A stretch of 64,000 nt of DNA from Candidatus Krumholzibacteriia bacterium (lineage in GTDB: Bacteria > Krumholzibacteriota > Krumholzibacteriia > JAJRXK01), in contig JBGPIA010000003.1 of the NCBI GenBank assembly GCA_041484665.1, positions 250,414 to 314,413 of the forward strand, read 5' to 3'. A program made the translations under genes and the position numbers. How positions within the stretch are numbered: position 1 is the first letter of the stretch; each line of letters opens with the position of its first letter. Under the pieces are notes generated by a model. The model was not told the origin of the DNA. It was given only the letters and a program-made list of their open reading frames with translations, and searched no databases. Shown here piece by piece: positions 1 to 6,542 of the stretch.

Positions 1-821
1 AAGAGCGGGTAGTAGCCGTACCGTCCCCACCAGCCCGAGTACCAGCCCCAGTCGTAGTGAACCGACACCTGCGTGCAGGTGTCCACGTACGGGTGGACGG
101 TGCGCCCGTCGTCACCGTGGCACTGGGAGCAAGCGTAGCGCGGGTAGTCGACCCGGCTGTCGACATACACGTGACTCCAGTCGGTAACGATATAGTCGAC
201 GTCCTGCTCGAGGCCGGTGATGGCATAGTTCACGTCGTTCACGGCCAGGAACGGGTCCCCCGCGACTTTGTGTCGGTAGTGCTCCTGCTCATCGGGATCG
301 AACGCGAAGTCGATCGCGAGGTTGCGCAGGTCGAATGGATAGCGGCTGGCGAGCGCCTCGACGTACTCGACACCCTTGCTGAGGCTGGCGTGCAGGCGAT
401 GCGTGGCGCCCGCGGGCGGCAGCGTGTAGGCGTGTCCGCCGTACACGAAGCCGTCGTTGTAGCGGGTGGCCGGCCAGAGCACCTCGGCCACGCCGTCTGC
501 GTCAATGCGGTAGACGACGACGTAGGCGTCGGCATTGGTGCGGAAGTGGAAGCCAATGGCCTCCCCGCGCTGGTAGACTTCGTCCTCACCCTTGTCGTGC
601 CAGACCTGGATGCGCAGATCCCGGTCCGCGCCCGCCTCTGCCGTGCTCGCCTCGGCCTTGCTGGCCGCCGCCTTTGCGGTGTCCTGGTCGGCCGCGCGAT
701 CCTCCCCCTGCACCCAGAGGGCAGCCAGGTCCACGCGCGCAGTGTCCGCCCACGCGAGGGCCGGGACAAACGGGAGGACGGCGAGGAGGACGCCGATCGA
801 AACGTGTAGCTTCGCGCTCAT
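1..821 (-). CDS. Secreted DUF4384-like protein with a CxxCH motif (partial; runs off the left edge)
   Basis: Not in the ORF track (no stop in the window). ATG at 821 overlaps the upstream TGA (ATGA), with a GGAGG RBS. Manual translation: MSAKLHVSIGVLLAVLPFVPALA (signal peptide) ... IQVWHDKGEDEVYQRGEAIGFHFRTNADAYVVVYRIDADGVAEVLWP (DUF4384-like) ... YACSQCH ... then a W/G/Y-rich stretch. Confidence 0.75.
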   Translation of the reverse strand, partial: MSAKLHVSIGVLLAVLPFVPALAWADTARVDLAALWVQGEDRAADQDTAKAAASKAEASTAEAGADRDLRIQVWHDKGEDEVYQRGEAIGFHFRTNADAYVVVYRIDADGVAEVLWPATRYNDGFVYGGHAYTLPPAGATHRLHASLSKGVEYVEALASRYPFDLRNLAIDFAFDPDEQEHYRHKVAGDPFLAVNDVNYAITGLEQDVDYIVTDWSHVYVDSRVDYPRYACSQCHGDDGRTVHPYVDTCTQVSVHYDWGWYSGWWGRYGYYPL

Positions 822-1783
822 CGCGACCCCTCCTCGGGTGTCGGCACGACCTTGCCTCCGCTTGGGACGGACAGCTCGATCAGGCCAGGCACCGGTTGAT
901 ACGCCCAGTAGACGCCGACGTAGTCGGGAGTCCGCTCCACGACGGTGATCTTGGCGTAGTTGTGGTCTCCGGACAGAGCCGGGGATTGGAAGATCTTGAT
1001 CGCGTACGTGTGGTCCACGACCGCTTCGACTTTGCCGGCGATGGACCAGCCGCTCGTGGGCGCCAGGCTCAGGTCGTCGAAGGAGGCCAGGCCGAAGTCC
1101 TGGATCTGCACGCGATCGGGATTTGCGTAAAAGTAGCCGACCCGCTGAGCGCCGACCAACTCGGAGCCGAACCACAGGTCGGTGCTCGACAGCGAGTAGA
1201 GCTGCGCCTGATCCGACAGGCTGCTGAAGTCGTAGCCTGAGAACTGCGCGTTCTGGAGGGACAGGGCCTGGTCGTAGAGCTTGAGCGCGCTCTGCACCTG
1301 CTCGGGGCGCGGCGTGTCCACGACGTAGTCCAAGCTCAGGCCGCTCTCGTTGTTGGTGTGGTCGAACGCGCTCACGGCGTAGTAGTAGTCCACCCCGTTG
1401 GTCAGCCCGGTGTCCGCGTACTCGACGAAATCATCGCCGGGCGCGCTGGTCGCGCCAGGCTGCAGGTGATCGATGGCCGTGATCTCGGCGATCATCGTGA
1501 ATTTGCTGCTGCCGTCGGTGTTGCTGAAGATCCGGTAGCCAGCGAGGTCCGGCTCGCGGTCGGGGATCCAGCGCAAGTAGATCGCATGGTCGCCTGTAAT
1601 GCTGTGCACGCCGCCAGGTATGGCCGGTGGCGTCGCGTCCACGAAACCCTTCTCGTGATCGTTGCAGCCACCCAGGGTCGCGATCGCCAGCGCCCCGAGC
1701 GCGGCGGCGAGCGTCCGTGACCCGGCTGAGACTTTGAGCGTGGCTCTTCGCGAGCCAAAGACACTGCTGCTGTGCCTACGCAT
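818..1783 (-). CDS. Putative lipoprotein with an FN3-like domain
   Basis: ATG at 1783 with a GGAGGAGG RBS; lipobox ATLGG-C; FN3-like PPAIP..LRW..DLAGYRIF..YYYAVSAFD..NES. The ORF-track start at 2239 is over-extended. Confidence 0.8.
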   Translation of the reverse strand: MRRHSSSVFGSRRATLKVSAGSRTLAAALGALAIATLGGCNDHEKGFVDATPPAIPGGVHSITGDHAIYLRWIPDREPDLAGYRIFSNTDGSSKFTMIAEITAIDHLQPGATSAPGDDFVEYADTGLTNGVDYYYAVSAFDHTNNESGLSLDYVVDTPRPEQVQSALKLYDQALSLQNAQFSGYDFSSLSDQAQLYSLSSTDLWFGSELVGAQRVGYFYANPDRVQIQDFGLASFDDLSLAPTSGWSIAGKVEAVVDHTYAIKIFQSPALSGDHNYAKITVVERTPDYVGVYWAYQPVPGLIELSVPSGGKVVPTPEEGSR

Positions 1784-1842
1784 CGTGGACCTCCTCCCTG
1801 CAGGTCTCGTGACCTTCGGCCGACCACCCTGCTGGTGCACAA

Positions 1843-1859
1843 GGCACCGCCCGTGCCAG
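1843..1859 (-). promoter_or_regulatory. Sigma54 (-24/-12) promoter of the lipoprotein-DUF4384 operon
   Basis: Minus strand CTGGCACGGGCGGTGCC has GG-N10-GC and a TGGCACG match, about 60 bp upstream of the ATG. Confidence 0.7.
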
Positions 1860-1919
1860 GCTGCGCCGCGCGGGAGACGGGGCGGGGCACCCTGGGTGCC
1901 AGACCCCCCACGCGATCCC

Positions 1920-1932
1920 CAACTCGTTGAAA
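1920..1932 (-). promoter_or_regulatory. IHF-like binding site
   Basis: TTTCAACGAGTTG differs from WATCAANNNNTTR at one position, lies in an AT-rich patch, and sits upstream of the -24 box. Confidence 0.5.
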
Positions 1933-2137
1933 AGAAGCGAATTGCCAGCACGCGGGGACTGGTGCTGGTGGCGGCGGCGCTGCGGCCGGGGCCCGGCTGT
2001 ACGCGCCCCGCAGCCCCGTACGTGCCCCGCGGGGGACAGCCCCCTGTCCTCTGGCTGGGACAGCCGGGAGCGCGAGCCTGCGCAACCATGGCCGGGGCGG
2101 CGGGGCGCTTCGGTGGTAGCGGTGCGCGGCCGGCCGC

Positions 2138-2170
2138 AGAAGCAAAGGGCCGCCCCGGAGGAGGCGGCCC
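2138..2170 (-). terminator. Intrinsic terminator ending the putative ncRNA
   Basis: Minus strand GGGCCGCCTC-CTCC-GGGGCGGCCC followed by TTTGCTTCT. Confidence 0.7.
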
Positions 2171-2522
2171 TCGCACAAATGAGAGAGGGTGCGCAGTACC
2201 GGGAACCGCCCCAGTCGTGCCGCTCCTGGATCTCGCCATTCCAAGAGGGCGAAAGCGGCTCCTATGTTGGTGTCAGCGCACCCTTCTCGCCTGATGCGGA
2301 GGATTTCGAAGGATGGTCAGGAACGGATGCCTTCCTTCACTCCACCGCGCTCAACCCTGTGACCCCACCTCACAAGACAAGCGTGGTAGACCCAACTTGG
2401 AAGGGTCTCCTCATACAGCCGGTTAACCGAGAGGAGCCGCTCCCTTCCATCCTTCGAAACTCTCGAGCCCTCACGGGCTGCTTTGGACGACCGGACCACG
2501 ACTGCCAGTAGTGCCCGGCGCT
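2138..2522 (-). ncRNA. Putative novel, large structured ncRNA (~385 nt) transcribed by sigma54
   Basis: Bounded by a sigma54 promoter (predicted +1 about 2522) and a terminator. Helices seen: 5'/3' closing stem 2497-2518 with 2199-2219; perfect 13-bp helix 2447-2459 with 2304-2316; 10-bp helix 2432-2441 with 2254-2263; 9-bp helix 2276-2284 with 2186-2194; a GNRA hairpin AGCCC-GTGA-GGGCT; other local hairpins. No credible ORF. Confidence 0.7.
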
Positions 2523-2532
2523 GGATCTCCAG

Positions 2533-2549
2533 TGCAGCCAACGTGCCAG
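2533..2549 (-). promoter_or_regulatory. Sigma54 (-24/-12) promoter of the putative ncRNA
   Basis: Minus strand CTGGCACGTTGGCTGCA is close to the consensus YTGGCACGNNNNTTGCW. Confidence 0.8.
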
Positions 2550-2586
2550 GGAGGTCGTCCGCTAGCAGGTTCGTAAGTGCAATATG

Positions 2587-2599
2587 TTTCAACAAGTTC
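2587..2599 (+). promoter_or_regulatory. IHF-like binding site
   Basis: TTTCAACAAGTTC (two mismatches to WATCAANNNNTTR) in an AT-rich patch between the enhancer-like sites and the -24 box. Confidence 0.45.
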
Positions 2600-2649
2600 T
2601 GGAGGCGGACGCCGACCGGCGATCGTCTGCCGACGGGCGCCCCGGAGCG

Positions 2650-2668
2650 CTAGCAAACACCTTGATAG
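2650..2668. promoter_or_regulatory. Putative enhancer (UAS) site 1 for a bacterial enhancer-binding protein
   Basis: CTAGCAAACACCTTGATAG, an imperfect palindrome (CTAKCAA-N5-TTGMTAG), repeated at 2721-2739. Confidence 0.65.
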
Positions 2669-2720
2669 GGCGCTCATCGGGGGAACCAGGCAGCCCCTTG
2701 CTGCGGAAGGGGTTATCGGC

Positions 2721-2739
2721 CTAGCAAATGATTTGATAG
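2721..2739. promoter_or_regulatory. Putative enhancer (UAS) site 2
   Basis: CTAGCAAATGATTTGATAG has arms identical to site 1 and lies 71 bp away. Confidence 0.65.
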
Positions 2740-2751
2740 CGGGCGGTCGTG

Positions 2752-5700
2752 CTATGCCGGCGCGTGTAGACCGTAAAGCTTGATCTTCTGGAGCAGCGTG
2801 GGATAGCTGATGCACAGCCTTCGCGAGACCTCAGCGCGGTTCCAGCCGGTGATGGCGAGGGCCTCCGCCAGGACTCTACGTTCCAGTTCGGCCACCTGAG
2901 CGCGCAGCGGCAAGGGCCCGCCGGCTTCGCTGGACGCGCCGTCCTCCGCCTCGCTGCCGAGCGCGTCCTCGCGCAGCCGCGGCGGGAGGTGCACCATGCG
3001 CAGCTGCAGCTCGCCCGCGGCCAGGATCACCGTGCGCCTGATCGCCTTCTCCAGCTCACGCACATTGCCGGGCCACGCGTACGCGCGCAGGCACTCGGCG
3101 AAGCTGCGCGTCATCGTCGGCAGCGGGCGGCCGAGCTCGGCGCAGGTCTGCGCGATGAAGTGCTCGGCCAAGAGCAGCACGTCCTCCGGACGCTCGCGCA
3201 GTGGCGGCACGTGCACTGGGAAATCGAGCATGCGGTAGTACAGGTCCTCCAGGAATTCGTCGCGCTCGACCATCGCGCGGAGGTCCTGCTTGCTCGCGCA
3301 CAGGATCCGCACGTCGACGGCCCGCTCGACCGTGCCACCGACCGGCCGCACCAGCTTGGTGTCGAGGAAGTGGAGGAGCTTGGCCTGCATCGGCAGGCTC
3401 ATCTTTCCCACCTCGTCGAGGAACAGCGTACCGCGCTCGGTGCCCACGATCAGGCCCGGTTTGTCCCTGTCCGCTCCAGTGAACGCACCGCGCACGTAGC
3501 CGAAGAGCTCGCTTTCCAGCAGCGTGTCCGGGATCGCTGCGCAGTTGACCGTGAGGAACGTGCGGTCGCGGCGCGCGCTGAGCTCGTGTACGGCGCGGGC
3601 GAACAGGCCCTTGCCGGTGCCCGTCTCGCCGGTGAACAGCACGGTGTACGGCGAGTCGGCCACCTTTGCGCAGAGCTCGAGAACTTCGAGGATCTTGTCG
3701 CTGTGGGTGAGGATGTCCTTGAAGGCCTCTTCGGAGCGGGGAGACGGCGCCGACGCCGCGGGAGCGTCCAGGGCCGTAGCGGTGTCCAGCAGCGCGGGCC
3801 GCAGCAGATTCACGTAGGTCGAGGCCACGGCCAGCGCCTCGGAGCTCAGCGGCTGCGGCTCCCCGGTGCGCTCAAAGTAGACGATCCCGCGCAGGCCTTC
3901 CCCGGCGCGCAGCGGGAAGGCCACGGCCACCGAGACCTCGCCGATGTCCACGCCCAGAGCCTCACGCCACGCGGGCTCTGCCTGCGGGCGCGTCCAGACG
4001 CGCGGCCCGTCACACGCCGCGCAGCTGGGGAGCTGGGACAGCACGTGGGCCGCGGTGCGCCGCGCGCGGGCGCGGGCCATGCGCGACGCAGCCACCAGCT
4101 GCACGCGTCCTCCGGGTCCGCGCAGTGCCACCAGGCCGCGCTCGCCGCCCATACGCTCCATGACCGCCGAGAGCATGGCCGAGGCGCTCTGGGCCAGCCC
4201 TTCGCCTCCCTGCAGCAGCGGATCGCCCAGGTTGGCCAGCTCCTGGTAACGGGTAGTGGCGACGCGTGCATGGGAGGACATGGCCGCCTCGATGCGAGCG
4301 CGCAGCTCCTCGATGTCACCGGTGACGCCCTCGACGCCCAGGCAGCTCATGCGCTCCACCTCGAACAACGCGAGCAGCGCCTCGTCGTGGTTTCCCAGCT
4401 CGAGCTCCACGCGAGCCAGCGCGAGCTGCAACCGGCACGGCGCAGTGTCGGCGTCGGCGGCCGCCAGATCGACCGCTTCGCGCAACAACCCGCGCGCCGC
4501 GAGCAGCTGCGTCCGCCCGCCGTGCTGCACGTGGAGATCCGCCAGCAACTCCAGCGTCACGCCGATCTCGACCGGCAGCCGGTAGGCGCGGAAGCGGTTG
4601 AGGGCCTCTTGCAGAGCGGAGCCCGCCTCCTCCACGCGCCCGCAGGCCAGCAGCGCCTGGCCGCGCACACGCTCGAGAAACCCCAGCTCGTACTGCTCGC
4701 CGCAACCGCGGCCCACCGCGGTTCCTGCGGCGGCCAACTGGGTGGCGGCCAGGGCATCGCCGCGCTGCAGGGCCAGTTGCGCCTGGCGCCGCAACACCTC
4801 GGCCAGCACGTCGTTTCCGCCGGAGATCTCGCGCGCGCGGGTCTCGGCGATGCCATAGTTGAGCTCCGCCTCGTCGAAGCGGCCCCGGGCCGCCATCAGA
4901 TCGCCGAGGAACTCATCGGCCAGGGCGGTCTCGCGCAGCGAGCCATTACGCTCGGCGAGAACGCGCGCTTCGAGCAGATTGCGCTCCGCGTCGGCGAACT
5001 TGCCTTCCTCGATCTGGAGCTGCGCGTGGAGCAGGCGCAGCTTGGTGATCAGCCCCTGGTCGCCCAGGCTGCGCGCCATCTCACTGCCGCGCAGCACGCA
5101 AGCCAGCGCGTCGGCGCGCCGGCCCATCTTGCGGTAGAGCACCGCCTTGTTGAGGTGCAACGCGCCCAGCTCGTGCGCGGAGCCTACCGCGCGCATCAGC
5201 TCCTCGGCCCGGTCGAAGAGCTGGATCGCGCGCGACCAGCGGCAGGCGTTCTTGGCCAGCAGCGCGAGGTTGCTCAACACCTGGGCCTGGCCGGTCACGT
5301 GCTCGATGCGCCGGTAGGTGGCCAGCGCGTCCTGGTAGAACTCCTCCGCCTTCTCGGCCCGGCCCAGGCGGAACCAGCAGCCCCCGAGAATGGTCTGGGC
5401 GTTGCCCACCTCGACGTGCGCATCGGTCGTCGCGAGTGTGGCGAACGCGTCGCGCGCAAGCTCGGCGGCTTCCTCGTAACGCGCCATGCGGTAGAGCAGC
5501 AGGGCGCGACGCACCTGGACGGGGGCCTGCAGCTGTGGCGTGGAGCCGGCCAGCAGGTCCGCCGCAGCGTCGAGCTGCGCCGCGCATTCCTCGAGGCGGC
5601 CCTGCTGCAGCAGGCAGTCAGCGAGCTTGCGGTGGAGCACGGCAAGGGGCTCCACGCTGATGCCAGCCGGTCCGGATTCCGGCACGAGGCCGCGCAGCGC

Positions 5701-5856
5701 AGCGCGGTAGTACTCGATCGCAGAGGAGTAAGCGGCAGCGCGATAGTGGAGGTCCCCGACCTCTTCCAGTCGGGGCGCACCGGAACCCTCGGGCTTACGC
5801 CTCGGCGTCTCCGGAGAGGACCACGGCCTCTCGTCTCCGTCACGGAACTCGTCCAT
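2752..5856 (-). CDS. TPR-repeat / GAF-like / sigma54-interacting AAA+ / Fis-HTH transcriptional activator
   Basis: Long N-terminal TPR array; GAF-like segment (AFPLRAGEGLRGIVYFER); Walker A GETGTGK; ESELFG..GAFTGA; Walker B TLFLDEV; WPGNVREL; C-terminal HTH. Start placed at MDEFRD (5856). Confidence 0.9.
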   Translation of the reverse strand: MDEFRDGDERPWSSPETPRRKPEGSGAPRLEEVGDLHYRAAAYSSAIEYYRAALRGLVPESGPAGISVEPLAVLHRKLADCLLQQGRLEECAAQLDAAADLLAGSTPQLQAPVQVRRALLLYRMARYEEAAELARDAFATLATTDAHVEVGNAQTILGGCWFRLGRAEKAEEFYQDALATYRRIEHVTGQAQVLSNLALLAKNACRWSRAIQLFDRAEELMRAVGSAHELGALHLNKAVLYRKMGRRADALACVLRGSEMARSLGDQGLITKLRLLHAQLQIEEGKFADAERNLLEARVLAERNGSLRETALADEFLGDLMAARGRFDEAELNYGIAETRAREISGGNDVLAEVLRRQAQLALQRGDALAATQLAAAGTAVGRGCGEQYELGFLERVRGQALLACGRVEEAGSALQEALNRFRAYRLPVEIGVTLELLADLHVQHGGRTQLLAARGLLREAVDLAAADADTAPCRLQLALARVELELGNHDEALLALFEVERMSCLGVEGVTGDIEELRARIEAAMSSHARVATTRYQELANLGDPLLQGGEGLAQSASAMLSAVMERMGGERGLVALRGPGGRVQLVAASRMARARARRTAAHVLSQLPSCAACDGPRVWTRPQAEPAWREALGVDIGEVSVAVAFPLRAGEGLRGIVYFERTGEPQPLSSEALAVASTYVNLLRPALLDTATALDAPAASAPSPRSEEAFKDILTHSDKILEVLELCAKVADSPYTVLFTGETGTGKGLFARAVHELSARRDRTFLTVNCAAIPDTLLESELFGYVRGAFTGADRDKPGLIVGTERGTLFLDEVGKMSLPMQAKLLHFLDTKLVRPVGGTVERAVDVRILCASKQDLRAMVERDEFLEDLYYRMLDFPVHVPPLRERPEDVLLLAEHFIAQTCAELGRPLPTMTRSFAECLRAYAWPGNVRELEKAIRRTVILAAGELQLRMVHLPPRLREDALGSEAEDGASSEAGGPLPLRAQVAELERRVLAEALAITGWNRAEVSRRLCISYPTLLQKIKLYGLHAPA

Positions 5857-5969
5857 CAGGCATCCCTTGGGCGAGAAGTTCTGACAAGGTTGCCGACATC
5901 GACCGGCTCGATCGTGCGCTGTGGCCGCGCAGCCCCCCACGACTGCGGGGAGCGCGAGGCCCCTTCCTC

Positions 5970-6314
5970 CTATCGGACGAGCAGCAAGGTGAAGCCGCGC
6001 TCGTACAGGAATCCCATCAGGCGGATGATCCGCGAGGGCGGCGGAAGCATCGCCGCGGTGGCGCGCACCGTCGGGCCCCTCACGTTGTTGCCACCCAGGA
6101 TGTCATCGGGATCGCCATCCAGGCTCGAGCCGGGCCCAGGCCCGCCGGGATCCCCACCGGCCGGAGGCGTCCAGGAAGACAGGGTCGCGGTAGCGCCCGA
6201 GCCGGTACTGGGCGGGCGCACGCCCACCGACTTGGCCAGCGCAGCAGGCTGAGCCCACAGGCTCACGACGACCGCGAACGCCACGGCAAGGAGCAACGCG
6301 TGGCTGGTCTTCAT
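5970..6314 (-). CDS. Small secreted Gly/Pro/Ser-rich protein (candidate signalling pre-propeptide, 114 aa)
   Basis: ATG at 6314 with a GAGGAG RBS; Sec signal MKTSHALLLAVAFAVVVSLWAQPAALA; GGDPGG and DGDPDD motifs; hydrophobic and basic C-terminus. Confidence 0.75.
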   Translation of the reverse strand: MKTSHALLLAVAFAVVVSLWAQPAALAKSVGVRPPSTGSGATATLSSWTPPAGGDPGGPGPGSSLDGDPDDILGGNNVRGPTVRATAAMLPPPSRIIRLMGFLYERGFTLLLVR

Positions 6315-6433
6315 CGTGATCCATCTCCTCAATCTCGGGTGGTTCCGGACCCGCGCGGGGACGCGCCCCGGATCCGTGGACCCGGAACCGCTGGGTAGAC
6401 CGTCCCCCGGGTGGGACGGTGGCTACGCCTAAA

Positions 6434-6463
6434 ACGATACGAACCCCACCCCTCCGCTGTCAA
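6434..6463 (-). promoter_or_regulatory. Sigma70-type promoter for the pre-peptide and TPR-activator unit
   Basis: Minus strand TTGACA-N18-TATCGT. Confidence 0.55.
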
Positions 6464-6542
6464 ACCCCAGCAATCGGCCGGATGTCTCGTGCGGCCGGCC
6501 CGGCGCGGCCCGCCAGGGCGGGGTCCGCCCCGGGCGGGGCGT

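Noticed and set aside
1784..2239. N-terminal extension of the lipoprotein ORF in the track
   Set aside because: The strong RBS and lipoprotein signal begin at 1783; the extension overlaps a promoter and a terminator.
2138..2522. tmRNA, RNase P, retron msr-msd, riboswitch or group I/II intron identity for the structured region
   Set aside because: No tRNA-like ends, no GAGGAAAGTCC, no reverse transcriptase or homing nuclease nearby, and no interrupted host gene. It has its own terminator and the next gene has its own promoter. An Rfam search is still needed.
2317..2595. 92-aa minus-strand ORF and overlapping plus-strand ORFs (for example 1927-2511) in the ncRNA region
   Set aside because: No RBS or recognisable domain, non-genomic codon pattern, and they run across the sigma54 promoter. 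The base-pairing explains the region better.
2989..6252. Very long antisense or alternative-frame ORFs (also 10743-13082, 49572-52202, 57533-59878 and others)
   Set aside because: Shadow ORFs typical of high-GC DNA, lying opposite well-supported genes.
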